A stretch of DNA of 64,000 nucleotides from Pseudomonas aeruginosa PAO1 (lineage in GTDB: Bacteria > Pseudomonadota > Gammaproteobacteria > Pseudomonadales > Pseudomonadaceae), in assembly GCF_000006765.1 (NCBI RefSeq), contig NC_002516.2, one strand, 5' to 3'. Position numbers and translations under genes: made by a program. Positions within the stretch are counted from its first letter, which is position 1; each line of letters starts with the position of its first letter. The notes beneath the pieces were generated by a model. The model did not search any database and was not told the DNA's origin. It saw only the letters and a list, made by a program, of their open reading frames with translations. Below, piece after piece: positions 19,119 through 33,536 of this stretch.

Positions 19119-20045
19119 TCAGTTGCTGCCCTGGTTGTGCGACAGGTTGTAGATGTAGGCGGCCAGGATGTGCACCTTTTCCTTGCCCAGGTAGGGCTCC
19201 TGGGCCGGCATCTGGCCCTGGCGGCCATGGCGGATGGTTTGTTGGAGCTGGGCGTAGCTGGAGCCGTAGATGAACGCGCCGGGGTTGGTCAGGTTCGGCG
19301 CGCCGACCAGGGCGGTACCCTTGCCTTCCGGGCCGTGGCAGGCGACGCAGTTGACCGAGAAGATCTGCTTGCCGGCCTCGACGTCGGCCTTGGTGCCTTC
19401 CGGCAGCTTCAGCCCGGCGAGTTCGGTGCGGACGTAGGCGGCGACGTTCTTCACCCCGTCTTCGCCGAGGATGTCGCCCCAGGCCGCCATGATCGCGTGG
19501 CGACCGCCGAGGATGGTGGTCTCGATGCTCTGCGGGTCACCGCCCCAGCGCCACTCGTTGTCGGCCAGGTTGGGGAAGCCGAGGGCGCCCTTGGCGTCGG
19601 AACCGTGGCAGATCGAGCAGTAGGTGGCGAACATGCGGCTGCCCATCTTCATGGCGTGCTCGTCCTTGGCCACTTCCTCGATGGGCATGGCGGCGTACTT
19701 GGCGAAGATCGGCCCGTACTTCTCCTGGGCGATGTTCATCTCGCGTTCCCACTGCTTGTCCTGGGTCCAGCCGCCCTCGTAGCCCGGCAGCACGCCTTTC
19801 CAGTTACCCAGGCCCGGGTACAGGACCAGGTAGCCGACGGAGAAGACGATGGTGCCGATGTACAGCATGAACCACCACTTCGGCAGCGGGTTGTCGTACT
19901 CCTCGATGCCGTCGTAGGAGTGGCCCATGGTCTTTTCGGTAGTACCCTTGGCCTCGCCCTTGCGGGTGGCGAAGACCAGCCAGAGCAGGGCGATCAAGGT
20001 ACCGACGGTAAGAGCTGTGATGTACAGACTCCAGAAGGTGGTCAT
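19119..20045 (-). CDS. ccoP2: cbb3 oxidase subunit III, operon 2
   Basis: Paralog of ccoP1 with two CxxCH motifs; 308 aa. Confidence 0.95.
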   Translation of the reverse strand: MTTFWSLYITALTVGTLIALLWLVFATRKGEAKGTTEKTMGHSYDGIEEYDNPLPKWWFMLYIGTIVFSVGYLVLYPGLGNWKGVLPGYEGGWTQDKQWEREMNIAQEKYGPIFAKYAAMPIEEVAKDEHAMKMGSRMFATYCSICHGSDAKGALGFPNLADNEWRWGGDPQSIETTILGGRHAIMAAWGDILGEDGVKNVAAYVRTELAGLKLPEGTKADVEAGKQIFSVNCVACHGPEGKGTALVGAPNLTNPGAFIYGSSYAQLQQTIRHGRQGQMPAQEPYLGKEKVHILAAYIYNLSHNQGSN

Positions 20046-20227
20046 TCTTTGTTACTCCTAGAAGCTTGCTCGACGTGCTTTTTGGCTTCGGGATCGTCTG
20101 CGAAGGGCAGCATCGTCGCTTCGTCGAAGCTCTTCTTGCGTTTGCCGCTGTAGGCCCAGATCACCAGACCGATGAAGGCGACCATGATCAGCAGCGTGCC
20201 GAGTCCTCGCAGCGTCCCGATATCCAT
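20042..20227 (-). CDS. ccoQ2: cbb3 oxidase subunit IV, operon 2
   Basis: 61 aa [13 protein letters not shown]...; C-terminus identical to CcoQ1. Confidence 0.9.
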   Translation of the reverse strand: MDIGTLRGLGTLLIMVAFIGLVIWAYSGKRKKSFDEATMLPFADDPEAKKHVEQASRSNKE

Positions 20228-20232
20228 TGCCG

Positions 20233-20841
20233 TCACCGTTTGTTCTTGATCGAGGTGCCGAGCACCTGCAGGTAGGCGACCACGGCGTCCATCTCGGTCT
20301 TGCCTTTCAGCGAGTCCTTGGCGCCCTTGATGTCTTCGTCGGTATAGGGCACGCCGAGGGTGCGCATCACTTCGAGCTTCTTCTCGATGTCCTTGCCGTC
20401 GAGCTTGTTCTCCACCAGCCACGGGTAGGCCGGCATCTTCGACTCGGGCACCACGTTGCGCGGGTTGAACAGGTGCGCGCGGTGCCAGTCGTCGGAGTAG
20501 CGGCTACCAACGCGGGCCAGGTCCGGGCCGGTACGCTTGGAACCCCACAGGAAGGGGTGGTCCCAGACGCTCTCGCCGGCCACCGAGTAGTGGCCGTAGC
20601 GTTCGGTTTCGGCGCGGAACGGACGGATCATCTGCGAGTGGCAGCCGACGCAGCCTTCGCGGATATAGATGTCGCGGCCTTCCAGTTGCAGCGCGGTATA
20701 GGGCTTCATGCCTTCGACCGGGGTGTTGGTCACGTCCTGGAAGAACAGCGGCACGATCTGGGTCAGACCGCCGATGCTCACGGCCACGGCCATGCATAGC
20801 GCCAGCAGGCCGACGTTCTTCTCGAGTATTTCGTGTTTCAT
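20233..20841 (-). CDS. ccoO2: cbb3 oxidase subunit II, operon 2
   Basis: MKHEILEKN; EGCVGCHSQ; 202 aa. Confidence 0.95.
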   Translation of the reverse strand: MKHEILEKNVGLLALCMAVAVSIGGLTQIVPLFFQDVTNTPVEGMKPYTALQLEGRDIYIREGCVGCHSQMIRPFRAETERYGHYSVAGESVWDHPFLWGSKRTGPDLARVGSRYSDDWHRAHLFNPRNVVPESKMPAYPWLVENKLDGKDIEKKLEVMRTLGVPYTDEDIKGAKDSLKGKTEMDAVVAYLQVLGTSIKNKR

Positions 20842-20851
20842 GCTCGGCTCC

Positions 20852-22279
<1,428 letters not shown>

Positions 22280-22413
22280 GCTATGGGCTTCCATCCACGG
22301 TTATACGCTATGGCTTTTTCCGGCAGTTGGGATGCCGGGCGTCCCCCCATTGGGGCTGGTCTAATTGGCGTAATTAGCGAGAGGAAGCATGGATAATGGG
22401 GCGTTATGAAATA

Positions 22414-22427
22414 TTGATCGGGATCAA
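22414..22427. promoter_or_regulatory. ANR box for ccoN2O2Q2P2
   Basis: Perfect TTGAT-CGGG-ATCAA. Confidence 0.92.
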
Positions 22428-22466
22428 TTGGCTTCCCGACCCCCACTGCATACGAGGTGTGGCAAG

Positions 22467-23099
22467 TTGTCGCTGAAATGGAACCGCCCGGCCGGCTCGC
22501 TGTCGGCCACCCTGATTCTCGCCCATGGCGCCGGGGCGCCGATGGACAGCCCGTTCATGGAGCGCATCGCCGAACTGCTTGCCGCCCAGGGCATCGCCGT
22601 CGCGCGCTTCGAGTTTCCCTACATGGCCCAGCGCCGCGAGGACGGCCGCAAGCGTCCGCCGAATCCGCAGGCGCAGTTGCTCGACTGCTGGCGGCGAGTC
22701 CATGCGCAGGTCCGCGAGACCCTGGACGGGCCCTTGGCCCTGGGCGGCAAGTCGATGGGCGGGCGCATGGCCAGCCTGCTGGCCGACGAGCTGGGCGCGG
22801 ATGCCCTGGTCTGCCTCGGCTACCCGTTCTACGCCGCCGGCAAGCCGGAGAAGCCGCGGGTCGCGCACCTCGCCGGGCTGCGCACGCCGACCCTGATCGT
22901 CCAGGGCGAGCGCGACGCCCTGGGCAACCGCGAGGCGGTGGCGGGCTATGCGCTGGCGCCGACGATCCGCCTGCACTGGCTGGCCGCGGCGGACCACGAC
23001 CTCAAGCCGCTGAAGGCCTCCGGCCTGACCCACGAGCAGCACCTGGCGGCAACGGCGCGGGAGGTGGCCGGCTTCCTTCGCGGGCTCCAGGGCCATTAA
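22467..23099 (+). CDS. Alpha/beta-fold hydrolase
   Basis: LAHGAGAPMDS, GKSMGG nucleophile elbow, DHDL; TTG start at 22467 chosen for the GAGG RBS (alternative ATG at 22428). Confidence 0.8.
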   Translation: MSLKWNRPAGSLSATLILAHGAGAPMDSPFMERIAELLAAQGIAVARFEFPYMAQRREDGRKRPPNPQAQLLDCWRRVHAQVRETLDGPLALGGKSMGGRMASLLADELGADALVCLGYPFYAAGKPEKPRVAHLAGLRTPTLIVQGERDALGNREAVAGYALAPTIRLHWLAAADHDLKPLKASGLTHEQHLAATAREVAGFLRGLQGH

Positions 23100-23110
23100 C
23101 GGTTCCTTAA
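23095..23110 (+). promoter_or_regulatory. PmrA-type direct repeat upstream of cprA
   Basis: ATTAA-CGGTTC-CTTAA versus the recalled PmrA consensus CTTAA-N6-CTTAA; overlaps the upstream stop codon. Confidence 0.7.
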
Positions 23111-23187
23111 GGCATCCCCTCATAAGCTGCGGCGCAACCACCCTCGCATCGAGGCGTGGGCGACTGACTTCTCTGAGGGGGGAAGAC

Positions 23188-24344
23188 ATGAACATGCATG
23201 CCGACGGTGAGCAGATCACCGCTATCGATACCCGCGAACGCATCCTGCTGACGGGGGCCACCGGCTTTCTCGGCGGTTCGGTCGCCGCCCAGCTGATCGC
23301 CGCCGGGCACGGCGCCAACCTGTCCTTCCTGGTCCGCGCCGAATCCCGCCAGCAGGGGCTCGAACGCCTGCGCGGCAACCTGCTGATGCATGGCGTCGAC
23401 GAAGCCGACTGCCTGGCACTGCGGGCGGAGCAGATCCTCTGCGGCGATTTCCTCGACACCTCCTGGCTGGCCCGCGAGACGCCGCGCCTGATGCAGGTGG
23501 AGCGGGTGATCAATTGCGCCGCCGTGGCGTCGTTCTCGAAGAACCCGACCATCTGGCCGGTCAACGTCGACGGCACTTTCGCCTTCGCCGACGTGCTGAG
23601 CCGTTCGAAGCGACTGAAGCGTTTCCTCCACGTCGGTACCGCGATGTGCTGCGGACCGCAGCGAGAGTCGCCGATCAGCGAGTCCTGGGAATTCCCGGCG
23701 GCGGAGCAGCAACTGGTGGACTACACCGCGTCCAAGGCGGAAATCGAGCGGCGCATGCGCGAGGAACTGCCGGGCCTGCCCCTGGTGGTGGCGCGGCCAT
23801 CCATCGTGGTGGGCCACCGTACCCTTGGCTGCCAGGCCTCCGGCAGCATCTTCTGGTCTTCCGCATGGGCTTCGCCCTGGAAAGCTTCACCTGCGGCCTG
23901 GACGAGCAGATCGACGTGATTCCGGTCGACTACTGCGCCGAGGCGCTGATCGGCCTGGCGCTGAAGCCGTGCCTGGGGCACAGCCTCTATCATATCTCCG
24001 CCGGCCATCGCGCGGCCTGCACCTTCGGCGAGATCGACGAGGCCTTCGCCCGCGCCAACGGGGCGGCGCCGGTAGGCGAGCGCTACCGCAAGGTGGAGGT
24101 GGACGACCTCAAGGAACTGGCGAAGAGCTTCGAGTCGCGCATCGGCCCGGCCAATCCGCGTCTGGTCCTGCGCGCGTTGCGCTTGTACAGCGGCTTTGCC
24201 GACCTCAACTACCTGTTCGACAACAGCCGTCTGCTGGAGGAGGGGATCTCCGCGCCGCCGCGCTTCACCGACTACCTCGACGTCTGCGTGCAGTCGTCAA
24301 GCGCGGTGAGCATCCCGGCGCAGATGCAATGGGACTTCAAGTGA
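23188..24344 (+). pseudogene. cprA: cprA (HlyF-like extended SDR), frameshifted by a 1-bp deletion near 23856
   Basis: TGATGFLG and YTASK in the first frame; the frame breaks at ATC TTC TGG-TC TTC CGC ATG; adding one G gives IFWVFRMGFALESF and joins the second frame to the stop at 24344. Confidence 0.88.
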
Positions 24345-24352
24345 CGGCAGGT

Positions 24353-24372
24353 GCGGGGAGCTTCCTCCCCGC
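24353..24372. terminator. Hairpin between convergent cprA and aer
   Basis: GCGGGGAG-CTTC-CTCCCCGC; no U tract. Confidence 0.4.
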
Positions 24373-24381
24373 GGCCTGATC

Positions 24382-25947
24382 TCAGCGGTTGAAGCGCTCG
24401 ACCAGGGAATACTGGCTCTGCGCGGTGGTGGTCAGTTCCTCGCTCAGTTTCGCCGTGCGCAGCGCCTCGTCGGAGGTCTGCTCGGCCAGGGCGGCGATGG
24501 TGCTGATGTTGCGGTTGATTTCCTCGGCCACCGCGCTCTGTTCCTCCGCGGCGGCGGCGATCTGGGTGGTCATCTCGGTGATGTTGCTGACCGCCTCGCT
24601 GATGCCGACCAGCGCGCTGTCGGCTTCCAGCACCCGCTGGACCCCGGCTTCGGCCTGCTGCAGGCCGCTCTCCATGGTATGTACCGCATCGTTGGCGGTG
24701 TTCTGCAACTTGGCGATCAGATGGTGGATCTGCTCGGTGGAGGCCGCGGTGCGTTGCGCCAGCGAGCGCACTTCGTCGGCCACCACGGCGAAGCCGCGTC
24801 CCTGGTCGCCGGCCCGCGCCGCCTCGATGGCGGCGTTGAGAGCGAGCAGGTTGGTCTGGTCGGCGATGCCCTTGATCACATCGACCACGCCGCCGATCTC
24901 GTTGCTGTCCTGGGCCAGGCGACTCACCGCGGCCCCGGTCTCGCCCACCGACTCCGACAGGCGCTGGATGGCGTTGCGCGTCTCCGCGGCGATGTCGCGG
25001 CCGCGCGAGGTCAGTTCGTTGGCCTTCTGTGTCGCGTCGGCGGTCAACTGGACATTGTTCGCCACTTCCTGGGTGGTGGCGGCCATCTCGTTGACCGCGG
25101 TGGCCACCTGTTCGGTCTCTGCGCGCTGCTGTTCCAGACCGGCGGAGCTGTGGTGGGCCAGGGTGTCGGCCTGGCGCGCCTGTTCGGTGAGGTATTCGGC
25201 GGTGTCCTGCAGGCGCGTCAGGCAGGTCTTCAGGCGCGCGTCCTGGCTGAGGATGGCCATTTCCAGGCGCGCCTGGTCGCCGCGGCTGTCGGTGTACATC
25301 TGCGCGATCAGCGGGTCGGAGGTGGTCTGTTCGGCGAGCCGCATCAGGCGCTTCAGCCCGCGCTTCTGCCAGCGCAGTCCGGCCAGGCCGAGCGGAACGG
25401 CGAGCAGGCCGGCGAGGATGAAGCCCCACCAGGAGTTCAGCCAGATACCGATGAGGAAGCCGATCTGGCTGATCAGGATGAACGGCAGCCAGTCGAGCAG
25501 TACCGGCAGCCAGCGGTCGCGCCGGGGGATCGCCGGCTTGCCGGCGCCGAGGCGACGGTAGAGGGCCTCGGCGCGCTGGATCTGTTCGGCGGTCGGCTTG
25601 ACCCGCACCGACTCGTAGCCGACCACCGCGCCCTGGTCGTAGATCGGCGTGACATAGGCGCTGACCCAGTAGTGGTCGCCGTTCTTGCAGCGGTTCTTGA
25701 CGATCCCCATCCACGGGCGGCCGGCTTTGAGGGTGGTCCACATGTGGGCGAACACCGCCGGCGGGACGTCGGGGTGACGGATCAGGTTGTGCGGCGCGGA
25801 CATCAGCTCCTCGCGACTGAAGCCGCTGATGTCGATGAAGGCTTCGTTGCAGTAGGTGATGATGCCTTTGAGATTGGTGGTGGTGATCAGGCGTTGTTCC
25901 GCCGGATAGACGCGCTCGTGCTGGGTGATGGGCTGATTGTTGCGCAT
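24382..25947 (-). CDS. aer: Aerotaxis receptor Aer (PAS-TM-HAMP-MCP)
   Basis: [38 protein letters not shown] and [17 protein letters not shown]; 521 aa. Confidence 0.95.
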   Translation of the reverse strand: MRNNQPITQHERVYPAEQRLITTTNLKGIITYCNEAFIDISGFSREELMSAPHNLIRHPDVPPAVFAHMWTTLKAGRPWMGIVKNRCKNGDHYWVSAYVTPIYDQGAVVGYESVRVKPTAEQIQRAEALYRRLGAGKPAIPRRDRWLPVLLDWLPFILISQIGFLIGIWLNSWWGFILAGLLAVPLGLAGLRWQKRGLKRLMRLAEQTTSDPLIAQMYTDSRGDQARLEMAILSQDARLKTCLTRLQDTAEYLTEQARQADTLAHHSSAGLEQQRAETEQVATAVNEMAATTQEVANNVQLTADATQKANELTSRGRDIAAETRNAIQRLSESVGETGAAVSRLAQDSNEIGGVVDVIKGIADQTNLLALNAAIEAARAGDQGRGFAVVADEVRSLAQRTAASTEQIHHLIAKLQNTANDAVHTMESGLQQAEAGVQRVLEADSALVGISEAVSNITEMTTQIAAAAEEQSAVAEEINRNISTIAALAEQTSDEALRTAKLSEELTTTAQSQYSLVERFNR

Positions 25948-25980
25948 GGGCCTTCCAAAACAAGTGAAGCATTTACCTCT

Positions 25981-26007
25981 GCATCGGCGAAAACGCCTTT
26001 CACATGA
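25981..26007 (-). promoter_or_regulatory. Sigma-28-type promoter for aer
   Basis: Minus strand TCATG-N14-GCCGATGC. Confidence 0.5.
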
Positions 26008-26273
26008 GGGATTTGTGAATGCTTTCACGAGGAAAAACAGATAGCTATTGACCCAAAGCATGAGAACCGACTACGTGGTCGGATAGATGGCGGATTCGCT
26101 GATGGAGGTCAATGCGTTACGGTTTCGTGTCGTTCCCGGCGGCGCACATGGATTGGGGGTAGCGCGGGCGGACTGGTGCGAGGCGGCCATCCGCCGGTCC
26201 TGCGGGGTATCGGCGGATGACGCCGGGGCGTCGTTCGCCCTGCGAAGCGCTCGCGGCCCCGGGCGCCGGAATG

Positions 26274-26299
26274 AAAAAGGGGTGGCCGAAGCCACCCCT
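26274..26299 (-). terminator. Intrinsic terminator after acnA
   Basis: AGGGGTGGC-TTCG-GCCACCCCT followed by TTTT on the minus strand. Confidence 0.8.
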
Positions 26300-26319
26300 C
26301 CGCGCGTACCGCCGCTGCC

Positions 26320-29052
<2,733 letters not shown>

Positions 29053-29378
29053 TTCTGATTTCCTCACGGCGGGCCCGGGGGCGGCGGGCCTGGCCTCGTC
29101 CTGACGCCAGGCCCGTCGTCGAGCCGATAGTGCCTGGCTTCGCCCGGGACCCGCGGCGTCCGCGGACGCCAGGGTGCCGTTACCTCGGTAATGCGCGGTG
29201 GCCCGATCCCATCGGTACCGGCCGCTGGCGAGAGTCAGACTTTGGGATAGCGTTGTTCGAAACCTTCAAGCTAGACCGGCTCGAGGGCTCCTGCCATATA
29301 CACTGGACCGACGAACGGTCGCTGCAGTTCCCTTGAGGCATGCCCGGCACTATAGTGCGCGGCCAAGGAGACAACCCC

Positions 29379-30437
29379 ATGAATACCCTGTTGATGCACT
29401 GCCGGCCAGGCTTCGAAGGTGAAGTCTGCGCCGAAATCGCCGAGCATGCAGCCACTCTCGAGATTCCCGGCTACGCCAAGAGCAAGCCGGCCAGCGCCCA
29501 CGTCGAGTTCGTCTGCCAGGACGCCGACGGCGCCGAGCGCCTGATGCGCCGCCTGCGTTTCGCCGACTTGATCTTCCCGCGCCAGTGGGCGCGCGGGCCC
29601 GGCTTCATCGAATTGCCGGAAAGCCAGCGCATCGAGGTACTGCTGGCGGAACTGGCGAGTTATCCGGTTTGCGGCAGCCTCTGGCTGGAGGTGCTGGACA
29701 CCAATGCCGGCAAGGAGGTGTCGACCTTCTGCCGCAAGTTCGAGAAACCGCTGCGCGCGGCGCTGGTGAAGGCCGGGCGGTTGCAGGAGGACCCGGCGCT
29801 GCCGCGCCTGCTGCTGACCTTCCGCTCCGGCCGGGAAGTCTTCGTCGGCCTCGCCGAGCCGCGCAACAGCGCGCTCTGGCCGATGGGCATCCCGCGCCTG
29901 AAGTTTCCCCGCGAGGCGCCGAGCCGTTCGACGCTGAAGCTGGAGGAAGCCTGGCACCAGTTCATCCCGCGCAGCGAATGGGACAAGCGCCTGGCGCCGG
30001 ACATGCTCGCCGTGGACCTCGGTGCGGCGCCGGGCGGCTGGACCTGGCAACTGGTTAACCGGGAGATGCGGGTGACCGCCGTGGACAACGGGCCGATGGC
30101 GGAGAACCTGATGTATTCCGGGCTGGTCGACCACCAGAAGGTCGACGGCTACCAGTACCGCCCGCGCCAGCGGGTCGACTGGATGGTCTGCGACATCGTC
30201 GAGAAGCCGGCACGCACCGGTGCGTTGATCGAGACCTGGATCGGCGAAGGGCTTTGCCGCGAGGCGGTGGTCAACCTCAAGCTGCCGATGAAGCAGCGCT
30301 ACGCCGAGGTGCGCAAGATCCTCCAGCGCCTGCGCGAGAGCTTCGACGCGCGCGGCCTGAAGGTAGCGATCGGCTGCAAGCAGCTGTATCACGACCGCGA
30401 GGAAGTGACCTGCCATCTACGCCGCCTCGAACGCTGA
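29379..30437 (+). CDS. rlmM: 23S rRNA C2498 2'-O-methyltransferase
   Basis: CRPGFEGE, APSRSTLKLEEA, DLGAAPGGWT and CDIVEKP; AAGGAG RBS. Confidence 0.92.
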   Translation: MNTLLMHCRPGFEGEVCAEIAEHAATLEIPGYAKSKPASAHVEFVCQDADGAERLMRRLRFADLIFPRQWARGPGFIELPESQRIEVLLAELASYPVCGSLWLEVLDTNAGKEVSTFCRKFEKPLRAALVKAGRLQEDPALPRLLLTFRSGREVFVGLAEPRNSALWPMGIPRLKFPREAPSRSTLKLEEAWHQFIPRSEWDKRLAPDMLAVDLGAAPGGWTWQLVNREMRVTAVDNGPMAENLMYSGLVDHQKVDGYQYRPRQRVDWMVCDIVEKPARTGALIETWIGEGLCREAVVNLKLPMKQRYAEVRKILQRLRESFDARGLKVAIGCKQLYHDREEVTCHLRRLER

Positions 30438-30521
30438 GGGGCGGCGTCATTCCGGCCGGGGACAGGTGACCGGCCGCGCCGCATGCGCGACAATGCGCGG
30501 ATTCTGTTGCGGAGTTTCCCG

Positions 30522-30761
30522 ATGACCCATTCTGTCGACGCCATTCTCGACGCCACCGGCCTGAACTGTCCCGAGCCGGTGATGATGCTGCACAACAAGG
30601 TCCGCGACCTGGCGCCCGGCGGCCTGCTCAAGGTGATCGCCACCGATCCCTCGACCCGCCGCGACATCCCCAAGTTCTGCGTGTTCCTCGGCCACGAGCT
30701 GGTCGAGCAGCAGGAAGAGGCGGGCACCTATCTCTACTGGATCCGCAAGAAGGCCGACTAG
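30522..30761 (+). CDS. tusA: Sulfurtransferase TusA/SirA
   Basis: [11 protein letters not shown] and [12 protein letters not shown]; 79 aa. Confidence 0.9.
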   Translation: MTHSVDAILDATGLNCPEPVMMLHNKVRDLAPGGLLKVIATDPSTRRDIPKFCVFLGHELVEQQEEAGTYLYWIRKKAD

Positions 30762-30792
30762 GCCTTCCGCGGACCCCGCCATCCCTCGCGCT

Positions 30793-32103
30793 TCAGCGCA
30801 GCTTCTCCATGAGCTGGTAGTACCACATCCCGGCGGCCAGCATCGGATTGCCGAAGAGGTCGCCCAGCGGCACCCTGAGGTGCTTGCAACGGGCGAAGGT
30901 GTCGAACTGCTCCAGGCTCCCGCTCATCGCCTTGGCCATGATCTCGCCCATGATGTGGCTGGTGGCTACGCCATGCCCCGAGTAGCCCTGGCAGTACCAG
31001 ACGTTGTCGGAGAGCTTGCCGAGCTGGGGGATCCGGTTCATTACGATGCCCATGGCGCAACTCCACTGGAACTCGATCTCCACGCCCTTCAGGCGCGGGA
31101 AGGTGCGCTCGATGCATGGCCGCAGCTCGGCGGTGATGTCCCGCGAGTCGCGGCCCGAGTAGTTGGCGCCGCCACCGAACAGCAGGCGGCCGTCGGCGGT
31201 GGGGCGGTAGTAATCGAGGACGAAGCGGCAATCGTAGACCGCCAGCCCCTGCGGGTTGATCTCCCGTGCCAGCTCGCCCAGCGGCCGGGTGGTAACGATT
31301 CCGCCCATGGCCGGGAAGATCATCCCCTTGAGCTGCCTGCGTTCGAGCTTGTGGTAGACATCGCCGGCAAGCAGGATCTGCTGCGCCTCGATCCTTCCCT
31401 CGCGGGTAATCACCGCCGGCCGCGGGCCGTGGACGATATCCAGCACCTCGGAATGTTCGAAGATCAGCGCGCCGAGGCCGGCCGCCGCCCTGGCCTCGCC
31501 GATGCACAGGTTGAGCGGGTGCAGGTGCATGTTGCGGGTGTTCTTCAGCGCGCCGCAGTACAGCTCGGTCTCCAGGTGGGCCTGGACGCCGGCCTTGTCC
31601 AGCAGGACCACCTGGTCGCCCATGCCGCGGCGCACCGCCTCCTCGTAGGAGGCCTGCAGCTCGCCCATGTGGCTGGCCTTCATCGCCGCGTGCAGGTGGC
31701 CATGGCGAAGGTCGCAGGCGATGCCGTACTTCTCCACCCGCTGGCGGATGATCTCGTGGCCGCGCCAGCGCAGGTGCCAGATGAAGTCCTCGACCTCGGC
31801 GCCCAGCCATTGGCGCATCTGCTTGTGCATCGCCGCGTCGCCGGACAGGCTGCCGGTGACCTGGCCGCCGTTGCGCCCGCTGGCGCCCCAGCCGATGCGA
31901 TGGGTCTCGACCAGGGCTACCTTGTAGCCACGCTCGGCCAGTTCGACCGCCGTGGCGACGCCGGTGAAGCCGCCGCCGATGATGGCGATGTCGACCGTCA
32001 CCGCGCCCAGCAGGGTCGGATAGTCGGTTTCCTCGTTGAGCGTGGCGGCGTAGTAGGACGGCGCGCGTTCCGCGGCCGGACGGGGATGGATTGCTGCGTT
32101 CAT
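30793..32103 (-). CDS. pauB2: Gamma-glutamylpolyamine oxidoreductase (PuuB-like)
   Basis: GGGFTG, GWGASGRNGGQ and QGYSGHGV; directly downstream of the glutamylpolyamine synthetase; 436 aa. Confidence 0.8.
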   Translation of the reverse strand: MNAAIHPRPAAERAPSYYAATLNEETDYPTLLGAVTVDIAIIGGGFTGVATAVELAERGYKVALVETHRIGWGASGRNGGQVTGSLSGDAAMHKQMRQWLGAEVEDFIWHLRWRGHEIIRQRVEKYGIACDLRHGHLHAAMKASHMGELQASYEEAVRRGMGDQVVLLDKAGVQAHLETELYCGALKNTRNMHLHPLNLCIGEARAAAGLGALIFEHSEVLDIVHGPRPAVITREGRIEAQQILLAGDVYHKLERRQLKGMIFPAMGGIVTTRPLGELAREINPQGLAVYDCRFVLDYYRPTADGRLLFGGGANYSGRDSRDITAELRPCIERTFPRLKGVEIEFQWSCAMGIVMNRIPQLGKLSDNVWYCQGYSGHGVATSHIMGEIMAKAMSGSLEQFDTFARCKHLRVPLGDLFGNPMLAAGMWYYQLMEKLR

Positions 32104-32171
32104 CGGGTATTCCTTGTTCCAGTGCGGCGCGTCCTGCCGGCGCGCCGCCGTATGCGGGCGGGTCCGGGATC

Positions 32172-33536
32172 TCAGGCCTGGGTCAGGTACCAGCGCCAGT
32201 CCTGCTCGCCGACCTCGCCCATGAATTGCCGGTATTCCGCGCGCTTCACCGCCAGGTAGACGCCGAGGAACGGCTCGCCGAAGGCTTCCCGCGCCCACTC
32301 GGAGCCTTGCAGGGTATCGAGGGCGGTCAGCCAGTCGGTGGGCAGGCGCTTGCCGGCCTGGGCGTAGCCGTTGCCCTCCACCGGCGCACCCGGATCGATG
32401 CCTTCGCGGATGCCGCGGTGGACCCCGGCGAGGAGCGCCGCGGCGGCCAGGTAGGGGTTGGCGTCGGCGCCGCAGATGCGGTGCTCGATATGCCGACTGG
32501 AGGCCGGGCCGCCCGGCACGCGCAGGCTCACGGTGCGGTTGTCGACGCCCCAGGTCTGCGCCAGCGGCGCGTAGCTGTTGGCCTGGAAGCGCCGGTAGGA
32601 GTTGGCGTTGGGACAGAACAGCAGGAGCGAGTCGAGCAGGCTGGCGAGCATGCCGCCGACCGCCTGGCGCAGCAACGGCGTGCCGGCGGGGTCGTCGCTG
32701 GCGAACAGGTTGTGGCCTTGTTCGTCGGCCAGGCTGACGTGCAGGTGCATGCCAGTGCCGGCCAGGTCGTCGAACGGCTTGGCCATGAAGCAGGCGAGCA
32801 TCCCGTGCTTGTGCGCGATGCCCTTGACCAGGCGCTTGTAGCGGATCGCCTGGTCCATGGCGGCGAGGGCGTCGCCGTGGTCGAGGGTGATTTCCACCTG
32901 GCCCGGGGCATATTCCGAGATCGCCGTGCGTGCCGGCAGGCCCTGCGCCTTGCAGGCGGCATAGAGGTCGGCGAGGAACGGCTCGATCTGCTCCAGTTCG
33001 CGCAGGCCGTAGACCTGGGTCGCCCGTGGGCGGCCGCCATCGGCGTCGCGGGCCGGTTGCGGGCGGCCGTTGGCGTCGCGCTCACGGTCGAGCAGGTAAA
33101 ACTCCAGCTCGGCGGCCATCACCGGGTGATAGCCCTCGCTCTTCAGCGCGTCGATGGTTCGCACCAGGAGGTGCCGCGGATCGGCGACGCTGGCGGGCAG
33201 GCCCTCGCTCGGGTGCATGCTGACCTGCACCGCCGCCGTCGGGATCTGTCGCCAGGGCAGGCGCACCAGGCTGCCGGACAGGGGGTAGGCGCGGCAGTCG
33301 ATGTCGCCGACGTCCCAGACCAGGCCGGAGTCCTCGACGTCCTCGCCGTTCATCGTCAGCCCGAGGATGGTGCTCGGCAGCGGCCGGCCGCTGCGGTAGA
33401 CGGCCAGCAGCTCGTCGCGGTGCAGCAGCTTGCCGCGCGGCACGCCGTTGGCGTCGAGAATGAACAGTTCGAAGAGTTCGATGTCGGGGTTGGCGGCCAG
33501 GAAATCCTGGGCTTCTTGTTCGCAGGCGAAGTTCAT
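32172..33536 (-). CDS. pauA3: Gamma-glutamylpolyamine synthetase (glutamine synthetase-like)
   Basis: DANGVPRGK, AELEFYL, SEYAPGQVEI, GTGMHLHVSL and EHRICGADANPY; 454 aa from MNFACEQ. Confidence 0.85.
   Translation of the reverse strand: MNFACEQEAQDFLAANPDIELFELFILDANGVPRGKLLHRDELLAVYRSGRPLPSTILGLTMNGEDVEDSGLVWDVGDIDCRAYPLSGSLVRLPWRQIPTAAVQVSMHPSEGLPASVADPRHLLVRTIDALKSEGYHPVMAAELEFYLLDRERDANGRPQPARDADGGRPRATQVYGLRELEQIEPFLADLYAACKAQGLPARTAISEYAPGQVEITLDHGDALAAMDQAIRYKRLVKGIAHKHGMLACFMAKPFDDLAGTGMHLHVSLADEQGHNLFASDDPAGTPLLRQAVGGMLASLLDSLLLFCPNANSYRRFQANSYAPLAQTWGVDNRTVSLRVPGGPASSRHIEHRICGADANPYLAAAALLAGVHRGIREGIDPGAPVEGNGYAQAGKRLPTDWLTALDTLQGSEWAREAFGEPFLGVYLAVKRAEYRQFMGEVGEQDWRWYLTQA

Noticed and set aside
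23514-24344. Second ORF of the cprA region as an independent gene
   Set aside because: Its plausible coding part begins only at the frameshift and completes the SDR fold of the upstream ORF
29123-29336. GCCGATAG element and 68-aa ORF between acnA and rlmM
   Set aside because: No properly spaced -35, no RBS and no recognisable protein features
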